In this document: in pieces, positions 35,501 to 47,673 of the stretch
How the letters are laid out: every line of letters begins with the position of its first letter
Numbering within the stretch: the first letter of the stretch is position 1
Assembly: GCA_002269645.1 (NCBI GenBank)
Contig: NIVC01000890.1
Coordinates: 124,001 to 188,000, forward strand
Direction: 5' to 3'
DNA: 64,000 nt
Source of the DNA: Macrostomum lignano
Lineage: Eukaryota
The notes under the pieces: generated by a model
Databases searched by the model: none
Seen by the model: the letters and a program-made list of their open reading frames with translations, nothing else
Told to the model about the DNA's origin: nothing
Program-made: the position numbers and the translations under genes

Positions 35501-38500
35501 GTTGATCGTGTTCGCCAATGGACGGGTGAGCTAAGCTAAGCTAAGTGTCATTAGTTATTATTCTCCTGACCGGAAATGATTTCGTAGGAAATAGCAGTTC
35601 AGACTGTAGGTGGCTTATGATAATCCCTATGGATAACAGTTCAGACTGGAAGTGCCCCCTGATAATCTATTTGGATAACAGTTAAGACTGGAAGTGGCCC
35701 CTGATAATCTATTTGGATAACAGTTTAGACCGGAAGTGGCCCCTGATAATCTATTTGGATAACAGTTTAGACCGGAAGTGGCCCCTGATAATCTATTTAG
35801 ATAACAGTTTAGACCGAAAGTGGCCCCTGATAATCTATTTGGATAACAGTTTAGACCGTAAGTGGCCCCTGATAATCTATTTGGATAACAGTTTAGACCG
35901 GAAGTGGCCCCTGATAATCTATTTGGATAACAGTTTAGACCGGAAGTGGCCCCTGATAATCTATTTGGATGACAGTTCAGACCGGAAGTGGCTCCTGATA
36001 ATCACTATGGATAAAAGTTCAGACCGGAAGTGGTCTTGATAATCCCTATGAATAGCAGTTCAGACCAGAAGTGGCCCCTGATGATACATACGAATAGTAG
36101 TTCTGACCGGAAGTGGCCTATGCTAGCTAGCTACTATGGATTATAGTTCGTGCTGTAACTGGTTTGACAAGACACAATTAACAGTATTGTGAAAATGTCT
36201 ATTTATAATTTTTTAAATTTTTATTTATAATCTCAAGTGAATCTCACTGTCATCTATCTAACTGGTTACAGATTGGCGTCAACGCAGAACACAGTTGGTA
36301 AGTTTTATATAAAAGTTGTATTTTATTGCTATTTATTTTACGGAAATTTTAGTGATAATAAAAAAAGCTTACCTTACTACTTTAGGGCCGATGCTCCAGT
36401 AATGTCGCAATTGTGGGAAGAGGCTGTCATCACCTATGACATTGTGCCAGACACTGGGTAATTCCATAATTTCATTTACCCGCTTAGGACTAAATTTCTA
36501 CGAAAATCCTCACATTTGTACTTAAAGTAGCTCGTTAATTTTTCAGCAAATATTTTAGTTGACATGTCTACTTGAATATTTTTATGCTTTTAGATACACT
36601 GCGACGGGTCATTGCAAGGGCACACCGAAAGGCCCCGTGCCCAACCCCATCCGCCTCCAGTGGGACCTCAACGACGCCTGTCGCTCCGTCATCGCCAGCC
36701 AGCTTCGCGTTGCCACCGACCTGCTGAACGACGTCGACCTTCACCTGGTCGTCCACCGGCAGTTCGGCAAAGGCGCCATGAAGCGCTGCTCGATGAGCCC
36801 CGACGCGTTCATCCAGCTGGCCCTGCAGCTGGCGTACTTCAGGGACAGCGGCGGCGAGTTCTGCCTGACCTACGAGGCCTCCATGACCCGGCTGTTCAAG
36901 GAGGGCCGCACGGAGACCGTCCGGTCCTGCACCAACGAGTCGTGCGCGTTTGTTCGCGCTATGGAAAGCGGCGCAAGCGTGAGTTTCACCTGCGGCGCTG
37001 TGCAACTGGTTCTCGATAGGCTACTGACAGTAGAAAGTACAGTAAAATGTAGCCTAGACTTAATTAGTTAGTAATCGAATTACATTACTGACAGTAATAA
37101 GTAAAGTAAAATGTAGCCTTAATTTAAATTATTTAAATTAGTGAGAAAAAACTAATTACACTACTGACAGTAGAAAGTAAAATAAAATGTAGCCTTGAAT
37201 TTAAATTATTTCAATTAGTGAGAAAAAAAACTAATTACACTACTGACAGTAGAAAGTTAAGTTCAAATTTAATTATTAATAAAATCTAACTACAATTACA
37301 CTACTGACAGAAAAAAGTACAGTCAAAATGTAGCTTTATTTTGATTAGCAAGAAATTTGAAATTCCAGTAGAAACTAGATTCAATTGAAACAAATAGTGA
37401 TTATACTTATATGAATAGTAGTTAAGTTATTTGAAAGTATTATAATTTAAATGTGTACTTTATTAGTCAAGTAGAACACTAAGAGTTAAAAGAAAAAATA
37501 ACCGACCTAAACTATATATTACTAGTCATTTTATATTTATTCTACTCATAGTAGACGTGAAAGGTAATATGTATAGGTACGATAATATGTAAACTATGTT
37601 TCCATTTTGTAAGTAAGATTTTTGTTTTCTTAGTACTCTTAAATTAGGGGACATCCATCCAATATCGGTATTTAGCAATGTCTGTTAGTTGTCACTTTGG
37701 TAATTTCGATAAGTGCCGGCGTGTAAGATGACTTTTATCTGTTTGATTGTGTTTAATCTTTAATCCTCTTAGTTAATAATTACTAATCATAATTCAGGTG
37801 CTTTGGAATTTAAGATTTCCATTAGTTGGATAATCGTAGACTCGTAGACTGCCCTTAGATTGATGTTTTTAGTCAGCAGGCAAAAATCTGTGGGATTTGT
37901 GAATTCATAAATCTGTAGGATTGGTGAATTGGTGAATCTGTAGGATTAATGAATTGGTGAATCTGTAAGATTAATGAATTGGTGAACCTGTAAGATTGGT
38001 GAATTGGTGAATCTGTAGGATTAATGAATTGGTGAATCTGTAAGATTAATGAATTGGTGAACCTGTAAGATTGATGAATTGGTGAATCTGTAAGATTAAT
38101 GAATTGGTGAATCTGTAAGATTGATGAATTGGTGAATCTGTAAGATTAATGAATTGGTGAATCTGTAAGATTAATGAATTGGTGAACCTGTAAGATTGGT
38201 GAATTGGTGAATCTGTAGGATTAATGAATTGGTGAATCTGTAAGATTAATGAATTGGTGAATCTGTAGGATTAATGAATTGGTGAATCTGTAAGATTAAT
38301 GAATTGGTGAATCTGTAAGATTAATGAATTGGTGAATCTGTAAGATTGATGAATTGGTGAATCTGTAGGATTAATGAATTGGTGAATCTGTAAGATTAAT
38401 GAATTGGTGAACCTGTAAGATTGGTGAATTGGTGAATCTGTAGGATTAATGAATTGGTGAACCTGTAAGATTGATGAATTGGTGAATCTGTAAGATTAAT

Positions 38501-41475
38501 GAATTGGTGAACCTGTAAGATTGATGAATTGGTGAATCTGTAAGATTAATGAATTGGTGAATCTGTAAGATTAATGAATTGGTGAATCTGTAAGATTAAT
38601 GAATTGGTGAACCTGTAAGATTGATGAATTGGTGAATCTGTAAGATTAATGAATTGGTGAACCTGTAAGATTGATGAATTGGTGAATCTGTAAGATTAAT
38701 GAATTGGTGAATCTGTAAGATTAATGAATTGGTGAATCTGTAAGATTAATGAATTGGTGAACCTGTAAGATTGATGAATTGGTGAATCTGTAAGATTAAT
38801 GAATTGGTGAACCTGTAAGATTGATGAATTGGTGAATCTGTAAGATTAATGAATTGGTGAATCTGTAAGATTAATGAATTGGTGAATCTGTAAGATTAAT
38901 GAATTGGTGAATCTGTAAGATTAATGAATTGGTGAATCTGTAAGATTAATGAATTGGTGAATTTGTAAGATTGATGAATTGGTGAATTTGTAAGATTAAT
39001 GAATTGGTGAACCTGTAAGATTGATGAATTGGTGAATCTGTAAGATTAATGAATTGGTGAATCTGTAAGATTAATGAATTGGTGAATCTGTAAGATTAAT
39101 GAATTGGTGAATCTGTAAGATTAATGAATTGGTGAATCTGTAAGATTAATGAATTGGTGAATCTGTAAGATTAATGAATTGGTGAATCTGTAAGATTAAT
39201 GAATTGGTGAATCTGTAAGATTAATGAATTGGTGAATCTGTAAGATTGATGAATTGGTGAATCTGTAAGATTAATGAATTGGTGAGTCTGTAAGATTAAT
39301 GAATTGGTGAATCTGTAAGATTAATGAATTGGTGAATCTGTAAGATTGATGAATTGGTGAACCTGTAAGATTGATGAATTGGTGAATCTGTAAGATTGAT
39401 GAATTGGTGAATCTGTAAGATTGATGAATTGGTGAATCTGTAAGATTGATGAATTGGTGAATTTGTAAGATTGATTAATTGGTGAATCTGTAAGATTGAT
39501 GAATTGGTGAATCTGTAAGATTGATGAATTGGTGAATCTGTAAGCTATACAAGATTATAATGCACCCTATTGATGCAGCAGATCATAGCGAGGTGAAGAA
39601 AAGTAGGAAAAGATTAATAGCTGCTGGGGAAGATTTTACACCGCCTTTTGCCAACTAAAAGTAAGTAAACGGGAGTCACAATAAATACCTATTGCAATCC
39701 TACAGTTCAGCAATTAGCTAAATAATAGGGCAAGTAAAACAGCCCACAAAAGACTAGAAGAAAATGCTATTGTTGCCAGAGAAATATCAAAGCTTTGTAT
39801 CGGAATTTATTTTGTTATTATAACGAACTGTAGCTATAACTACACTCCAATCTCTCCTTACGAGACTAAGCTAGTGCAAGTGGCGGCCTATCGGTTAATT
39901 TAAATTGGCTCTTTACTTACTCAAACTGTCTCTTTTTTTTCCAGAATGAGGAAGTTGTCCGCCTGCTCCGGCAAGCCTCGGAGAAGCACCAGACAATGTA
40001 CCGGGACGCCATGACTGGCAAAGGCGTGGACCGGCACCTGTTCACTCTGTACGTGGTGTCCAAGTACTGCAAGACCCAGTCGCCTTTCCTGGAGAAGGCG
40101 CTGCACTGCCAGTGGAAGCTGTCCACCTCGCAGACTCCGCACGGACAGACTAGCAAAATGGATTTGCACAAGAATCCGGATTTCTTGAGCGCCGGTGGCG
40201 GCTTCGGGCCCGTGTCTCACGACGGTTACGGTGTGTCCTACATCATTGCTGGGGAGGACACCGTCTTCTTCCATGTTAGCAGCCGCGTCAGCTCGGATAA
40301 AACGGTTCGTGTAGCTTTTGCTGTGCCTTAAATCCTCAGATGTTAGATCCTCAGATCCCAGATCCTCAGATGTCAGATCCTCAGATCCGAGATCCTCAGA
40401 TCCCAGATCCTCAGATCCCAGATCCCAGATCCTCAGATCCCAGATCCTCAGATCCCAGATCCTCAGATCCCAGATCCTCAGATCCCAGATCCTCAGATCC
40501 CAGATCCTCAGATCCCAGATCCTCAGATCCCAGATCCTCAGATCCCAGATCCTCAGATCCCAGATCCTCAGATCCCAGATCCTCAGCCTCCCAGATCCTC
40601 AGATCCCAGATCCTCAGATCCCAGATCCTCAGATCCCAGATCCTCAGATCCCAGATCCTCAGATCCCAGATCCTCAGATCCCAGATCCTCAGATCCCAGA
40701 TCCTCAGATCCCAGATCCTCAGATCCCAGATCCTCAGATCCCAGATCCTCAGATCCCAGATCCTCAGATCCCAGATCCTCAGATCCCAGATCCTCAGATC
40801 CCAGATCCTCAGATCCCAGATCCTCAGATCCCAGATCCTCAGATCCCAGATCCTCAGATCCCAGATCCTCAGATCCCAGATCCTCAGATCCCAGATCCTC
40901 AGATCCCAGATCCTCAGATCCCAGATCCTCAGATCCCAGATCCTCAGATCCCAGATCCTCAGATCTCAGATCCTTAGTTCCCTAGTCCTTAGGTCATGGG
41001 TCCTCAGACTCCAGATCCTAGTTCTTGAGATCCCAGCTCCCAGATGTCAGATCCCAGCTCCCAGATGTCAGATCCCAGCTCCCAGATGTCAGATCCCAGC
41101 TCCCAGATGTCAGATCCCAGCTCCCAGATGTCAGATCCCAGCTCCCAGATGTCAGATCCCAGCTCCCAGATGTCAGATCCCAGCACCCAGATGTCAGATC
41201 CCAGCTCCCAGATGTCAGATGTCAGATCCCAGATTCCAGATTCTCAGTTCCTAAAATCTTACGCGCTCGTATGCTAAATTTCAAGATTGTGCGATCCCTA
41301 AATTGCATTCCTAGTTCCTAAATCCCGAAATCTCCCGAATCTCAGTCAAGCGATCCTGATGTTGCAGTGCACACACTGTTCCTAGCTAATGCACTAATCA
41401 ATCATTTTGCAGGACTCCCGTCGATTCGGCGAGCAGATCTGCCGGGCTCTGCTGGATGTGAAAAATCTGTTTTGA
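32273..41475 (+). CDS. CPT1: Carnitine O-palmitoyltransferase 1, paralog A, 767 aa: join(32273-32550, 32948-33302, 34231-34555, 35086-35525, 36272-36297, 36386-36457, 36594-36978, 39945-40304, 41413-41475)
   Basis: MAEAHQAV N-terminus, two TM segments, [16 protein letters not shown], catalytic [34 protein letters not shown]. All introns are GT-AG and phase-compatible; 2304 nt. Confidence 0.95.
32948..33302 (+). CDS. CPT1: CPT1-A exon 2
   Basis: CAG|YLGVV...YHGWMYE...LAAEFQ|GTGGGT. Confidence 0.9.
33495..34200. repeat. 22-bp minisatellite (AGAGGTAGCTACACAGGTAGAT)n, CPT1-A intron 2
   Basis: Direct reading. Confidence 0.95.
34231..34555 (+). CDS. CPT1: CPT1-A exon 3
   Basis: CAG|STGIARKLQ...TTRIPG|GTGAG. 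Confidence 0.92.
34570..34990. repeat. 22-23-bp minisatellite (TTCAAGATTAAAAGTGCCATTT)n, CPT1-A intron 3
   Basis: Direct reading. Confidence 0.9.
35086..35525 (+). CDS. CPT1: CPT1-A exon 4
   Basis: CAG|EERDYL...RWFDKS...ANGR|GTGAG. Confidence 0.94.
35595..36120. repeat. 42-bp minisatellite (GATAACAGTTTAGACCGGAAGTGGCCCCTGATAATCTATTTG)n, CPT1-A intron 4
   Basis: Direct reading. Confidence 0.93.
36272..36297 (+). CDS. CPT1: CPT1-A exon 5 (26-nt micro-exon, catalytic His)
   Basis: CAG|IGVNAEHSW|GTAAG. Confidence 0.92.
36386..36457 (+). CDS. CPT1: CPT1-A exon 6
   Basis: TAG|[11 protein letters not shown]...PDTG|GTAAT. Confidence 0.9.
36594..36978 (+). CDS. CPT1: CPT1-A exon 7
   Basis: TAG|YTATGHC...SPDAFIQ...TYEASMTR...SGAS|GTGAGT. 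Confidence 0.94.
37910..39545. repeat. 25-bp minisatellite (TGTAAGATTAATGAATTGGTGAATC)n, CPT1-A intron 7
   Basis: About 65 units. Confidence 0.97.
39945..40304 (+). CDS. CPT1: CPT1-A exon 8
   Basis: CAG|NEEVV...DRHLF...GGFGPV...SSDKT|GTTCGT. Confidence 0.92.
40332..40975. repeat. 15-bp minisatellite (CAGATCCTCAGATCC)n, CPT1-A intron 8
   Basis: Direct reading. Confidence 0.97.
41030..41240. repeat. 21-bp minisatellite (CAGATGTCAGATCCCAGCTCC)n, CPT1-A intron 8
   Basis: Direct reading; related to the adjacent 15-mer. Confidence 0.93.
41413..41475 (+). CDS. CPT1: CPT1-A exon 9
   Basis: CAG|[20 protein letters not shown], homologous to the CPT1 C-terminal helix. Confidence 0.88.
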   Translation, partial: DSRRFGEQICRALLDVKNLF

Positions 41476-41807
41476 CTGCTGTCTGAGGTCGATTTTGCTT
41501 TGCGAACCCTGCCTATTATGAGTTGAATATATAACTAATTATATGACTAGTTTATTACATTGGTGCAATATTCGGTCAATATCTGTGCAATATATTTTTT
41601 AATTTATTGCTACGTTATACTGTAACATTATCCCGTTAAGTTTGTACTTAAACTGGAAGCTGAATTCGAGAAATATAACACAATTATATCCATGCAGATA
41701 GTCTACTAATATTTTATGACCTGCTGTTCAGACTTGCGTTTCCAGTACCTTGCTTTGCTATTCCGTTTGAACATGTACTGATTTTTCAATGCATAACATG
41801 AATGAAA

Positions 41808-44745
41808 ATCCATATGGTTGGTTAGATTAGCAATCCATTCTATTCCATCATTCCTATGGTTGGTTAGATTAGCAATCCATTCTATTCCATCATTCATATG
41901 GTTGGTTAGATTAGCAATCCATTCTATTCCATCATTCATATGGTTGGTTAGATTAGCAATCCATTCTATTCCATCATTCATATGGTTGGTTAGATTAGCA
42001 ATCCATTCTATTTTATTATTCATATGGTTGGTTAGATTAGCAATCCATTCTATTCCATCATTCCTATGGTTGGTTAGATTAGCAATCCATTCTATTCCAT
42101 CATTCATATGGTTGGTTAGATTAGCAATCCATTCTATTCCATCATTCATATGGTTGGTTAGATTAGCAATCCATTCTATTTTATTATTCATATGGTTGGT
42201 TAGATTAGCAATCCATTCTATTCCATCATTCCTATGGTTGGTTAGATTAGCAATCCATTCTATTCCATCATTCATATGGTTGGTTAGATTAGCAATCCAT
42301 TCTATTCCATCATTCATATGGTTGGTTAGATTAGCAATCCATTCTATTTTATTATTCATATGGTTGGTTAGATTAGCAATCCATTCTATTCCATCATTCC
42401 TATGGTTGGTTAGATTAGCAATCCATTCTATTCCATCATTCATATGGTTGGTTAGATTAGCAATCCATTCTATTCCATCATTCATATGGTTGGTTAGATT
42501 AGCAATCCATTCTATTCCATCATTCCTATGGTTGGTTAGATTAGCAATCCATTCTATTCCATCATTCCTATGGTTGGTTAGATTAGCAATCCATTCTATT
42601 CCATCATTCATATGGTTGGTTAGATTAGCAATCCATTCTATTCCATCATTCATATGGTTGGTTAGATTAGCAATCCATTCTATTCCATTATTAATATGGT
42701 TGGCTAGATTAGCAATCCATTCTATTCCATCATTTATATGGTTGGCTAGATTAGCAATCCATTCTATTTCATTATTAATATGGTTGGCTAGATTAGCAAT
42801 CCATTCTATTCCATCATTTATATGGTTGGTTAGATTAGCAGTCCATTCTATTCCATCATTTATATGGTTGGTTAGATTAGCAGTCCATTCTATTCCATTA
42901 TTTATATGGTTGGTTAGATTAGCAGTCCATTCTATTCCATCATTTATATGGTTGGTTAGATTAGCAATCCATTCTATTCCATCATTTATATGGTTGGTTA
43001 GATTAGCAATCCATTCTATTCCATGATTTATATGGTTGGTTAGATCAGCAATCCATTCTATTCCATCATTTAAATGGTTGGTTAGATTAGCAGTCCATTC
43101 TATTCCATAATTTATATGATTGGTTAGATTAGCAGTCCATTCTATTCCATCATTTATATGGTTGGTTAGATTAGCAGTCCATTCTATTCCATCATTTATA
43201 TGATTGGTTAGATTAGCAGTCCATTCTATTCCATCATTTATATGGTTGGTTAGATTAGCAATCCATTCTATTCCATCATTTATATGGTTGGTTGGGGGCC
43301 GTAGCCCAGCGGTAGCGCAGCTGCTCTGGTGTGCCGCAACCCAGGCTCGATTCCAAGTGCAGCCACATTAATTTGGGGCTGGATTGGAATCTTGGCTTGG
43401 TTCGCTTGTGCAATTAACGGCCTTGAGAGCCAACCCCCCAAGGCGCAGTGAAGTGTACATGCCTAACAATTGATAAAGTTAGGGCCGCTGTACACTCCTG
43501 TGTGAGTGTGTGCCTGCGTAACGTATCCGCGCGCTTGTATGCCTGCTCAGGGGAGTCGGCGGAATGGGCAGTAATGCCTCTCGCCGGTTGTGTGCCTATG
43601 TCGCTTAAAGTGCGCCGGGGTGCACACAACCCCCTTGCCTCTAATAAAAAAAAATAAAAAATTATATGCTTGGTTAGATTAGCAGTCCATTCTATTCCAT
43701 CATTTATATGGTTGGTTAGATTAGCAATCCATTCTATTCCATCATTTATATGATTGGCTAGATTAGCAATCCATTCTAATTCATTATTCATATGATTGCC
43801 TAGATTAGCAATCCATTCTGTTTCATCGTTTATATGGTTGGTTAGATTAGCAATCCATTCTATTTCATTATTAATATGGTTGGCTAGATTAGCAATCCAT
43901 TCTATTCCATCATTTATATGGTTGGCTAGATAAGCAATCCATTCTATTCCATCATTTATATGGTTAGTAAGATTAGCAATCCATTTAATTCCATCATTCA
44001 TATGATTGACTAGATTAGCGATCCATTCTATTCTATCGTTTATATGTTTGGCTAGGTTAGCAATCCATTCTGTTCCATCATTTATATGGTTAACTAGATT
44101 AGCAATCCATTATATTCCATCATTTATATGGTTGGTTAGATTAGCAGTCCATTCTATTCCATCATTTATATGGTTGGTTAGATTAGCAGTCCATTCTATT
44201 CCATCATTTATATGGTTGGTTAGATTAGCAGTCCATTCTATTCCATCATTTATATGGTTGGTTAGATTAGCAGTCCATTCTAATTCATTATTCATATGAT
44301 TGCCTAGATTAGCAATCCATTCTGTTCCATCGTTTATATGGTTAACTAGATTAGCAATCCATTATATTCCATCATTTATATGGTTGGTTAGATTAGCAGT
44401 CCATTCTATTCCATCATTTATATGGTTGGTTAGATTAGCAGTCCATTCTATTCCATCATTTATATGGTTGGTTAGATTAGCAGTCCATTCTATTCCATCA
44501 TTTATATGGTTGGTTAGATTAGCAGTCCATTCTAATTCATTATTCATATGATTGCCTAGATTAGCAATCCATTCTGTTCCATCGTTTATATGGTTGGCTA
44601 GATTAGCAATCCATTCTATTCCATTATTTACATGGTTGGCTAGATTAGCAATCCATTCAATTCCATCATTTATATGGTTGGTTAGATTAGCAGTCCATTC
44701 TATTCCATCATTTATATGGTTGGTTAGATTAGCAATCCATTCATC
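41808..44745. repeat. 42-bp satellite (TATGGTTGGTTAGATTAGCAATCCATTCTATTCCATCATTCA)n, interrupted by a SINE
   Basis: About 60 units between the two CPT1 genes. Confidence 0.97.
43294..43661 (+). mobile_element. tRNA-derived SINE, full-length copy
   Basis: tRNA-like head GGGGCCGTAGCCCAGCGG, A box 43302-12, B box GGCTCGATTCC 43344-54, A-rich tail, 14-bp TSD TTATATG(G/C)TTGGTT at 43280-93 and 43662-75; second copy at 55440. Confidence 0.92.
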
Positions 44746-45339
44746 TATTAGTTTCTGTGCAATAGCTGGGCATTAGTAAATACACTCCAGTCCATAATTT
44801 TATCTTTTATTGAAATTGTGAGATATAGCGTTTTATTGTCTTAATTGACACCATCGGTTTTACGAGCTAGTTGCATTTAAGGGCCTAAAACATTATAGTT
44901 CTAATGACTAAAGTTGCCTAAATTACCGCATCATATAAACTTTTTTCTATCTTGTTTTTTAAAATTTTATTGGCGTTTTATTGCGAACTACTTGTTTTTA
45001 TAAGCGATTTACAATAATTATTGGCAAACCCTTTGATTTTTAATTAATATTTAATTTATCCTGTTTTTGCCGTTGTCTTCTGCATTGGCTCTGTTTATAG
45101 GGTTCTGTTGTACAATTGTAGCATTTTACATTGATTCTTAGATTAAGAAAGAACACGAATCATACATGTTTTGCTTTTTTGCGGAGACAATTCTGTTGGA
45201 CATAAATAATGCTAATTGATTTCATTATTTTATTTTAAAGTCTGATTAAAATTAGGTGTATTAAGTATACTAGGTGTATTAGTGTATTAAGCATAAGGAA
45301 TGTATTTATGACTGAATCTGCTTATGACCCAATGAGTAG

Positions 45340-47150
45340 ATTTGTGTTTGTGACCTAAATTAGAGTATCAATTGTGTTTATCAAATCATAAGTAGTTTAT
45401 TGGTTGTGTTTATCACTTCATAATGACTTTATCAGTTGTGTTTATCACCTCATAATGTGTTTATCAGTTGTGTTTATCACATAATTTATTTATAGTTTAT
45501 CGGTTGTGCTTATCGACTTATAATGAGTGTATTGATTGTGTTTATGAGTTTGTAATCAGTAATCACTTTAATATTTAATGATAATCACAATAGCAGTTGT
45601 TTAATATTCAATGATAAACACGATAGCAGTTGTTTAATATTCCATGATAAACACAATAGCAATTGTTTAATATTCAGTGATAAACACAATAGCAATTGTT
45701 TAATATTCAATGATAAATACGATAGCAGTTGTTTGATATTTAATGTTAAATACAATAGAAATTGTTTAATATTCAATGATAAACACAATAAAAATAGTTT
45801 AATATCCAATGATAATCACAATAGCAGTTGTTTAATATTCAATGATAAACACGATAGCAGTTGTTTAATATTCAATGATGAACACAATAGCAATTGTTTA
45901 ATATTCAGTGACAAACACAATAGCAATTGTTTAATATTCAATGATAAACACGATAGCAGTTGTTTGATATTTAATATTAAACACAATAGAAATTGTTTAT
46001 TATTCAATGATAAACACAATAAAAATAGTTTAATATCCAATGATAATCACAATAGCAGTTGTTTAATATTCAATGATAAACACGATAGCAGTTGTTTAAT
46101 ATTCCATGATAAACACAATAGCAATTGTTTAATATTCAGTGATAAACACAATAGCAATTGTTTAATATTCAATGATAAATACGATAGCAGTTGTTTGATA
46201 TTTAATGTTAAATACAATAGAAATTGTTTAATATTCAATGATAAACACAATAAAAATAGTTTAATATCCAATGATAATCACAATAGCAGTTGTTTAATAT
46301 TCAATGATAAACACGATAGCAGTTGTTTAATATTCAATGATGAACACAATAGCAATTGTTTAATATTCAGTGACAAACACAATAGCAATTGTTTAATATT
46401 CAATGATAAATACGATAGCAGTTGTTTGATATTTAATATTAAACACAATAGAAATTGTTTATTATTCAATGATAAACACAATAAAAATAGTTTAATATCC
46501 AATGATAATCACAATAGCAGTTGTTTAATATTCAATGATAAACACGATAGCAGTTGTTTAATATTCAATGATGAACACAATAGCAATTGTTTAATATCCA
46601 ATGATAATCACAATAGCAGTTGTTTAATATTCAATGATAAACACGATAGCAGTTGTTTAATATTCAATGATGAACACAATAGCAATTGTTTAATATTCAA
46701 TGATGAACACAATAGCAATTGTTTAATATTCAATGATAAACACAATAGCAATTGTTTAATATTCAATGATAAACACAATAGCAATTGTTTAATATTCAAT
46801 GATAAACACGATAGCAGTTGTTTAATATTCAATAATAAACACAATAGCAATTGTTTAATATTCAATGATGAACACAATAGCAATTGTTTAATATTCAATG
46901 ATAAACACGATAGCAGTTGTTTAATATTCAATGATAAACACAATAGCAATTGTTTAATATTCAGTGATAAACACGATAGCAATTGTTTAATATTCAATGA
47001 TAAACACGATAGCAATTGTTTAATATTCAATGATAAATACGATAGCAGTTGTTTAATATTCAATGATAAACAAAATAGCAGTTGTTTAATATTCAATGAT
47101 AAACACAATAGCAATTGTTTAATTATCAATTATAAACACAGAAATTGTTT
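45340..47150. repeat. 33-bp AT-rich satellite with 231/462-bp higher-order structure
   Basis: Monomer TTGTTTAATATTCAATGATAAACACAATAGCAA; a diagnostic variant recurs at 45791, 46022, 46253 and 46484. Confidence 0.95.
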
Positions 47151-47166
47151 ATCTTCATGACGAATC

Positions 47167-47673
47167 ATGGCCGAAGCTCATCAAGCGGTGGTGTTTGCTT
47201 TCAACATCACGGACGAAGGCATCCAGCTGGACTTTGATCACACGGTGCTACGCGAAGTGTTCGCCTCAATAGTGCGCAGCTACAAGAAAGGCATCGGCAG
47301 GCTGAAGAACCGGGTATGGAACAGCACCTACCCGATGGGACCCAAGAGTTTCTGTCTGGCCCTGTTTGGCGGCACCAGCGCCGCACTGCTAGGCCGGGAT
47401 CCAACGTTTGGATGCGGAGCAAAAATTGAAAGCCTAATTAGTCGATTTGTCACCGTGCCGGCTCCGTATAATCGCTACCTGGCCGTGTCGATCTTCTCCG
47501 GCTTTTCCTGGCTAGCCGTTGCCAGAGTGTACAAGTCTGTGCAGAGTCAGCTGCTGGCCTATCACGGCTGGATGTACGAGGTGCGCGGCCCGACCTCCTG
47601 GCGGACCAAGCTGTGGTACGGCGCCTGCCGCGTCTTGCTCTGGTCGTCTGGGGCTAGTTTGTTTAGCTTCCAG
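47167..47673 (+). CDS. CPT1: CPT1-B exon 1
   Basis: MAEAHQAV...SLFSFQ|GTGAGT. Confidence 0.92.

Noticed and set aside
40318-47160. Long ORFs of 200-475 aa (40318, 40340, 41706, 41818, 45733)
   Set aside because: They are translations of stop-free minisatellites whose unit length is a multiple of 3; no protein features.
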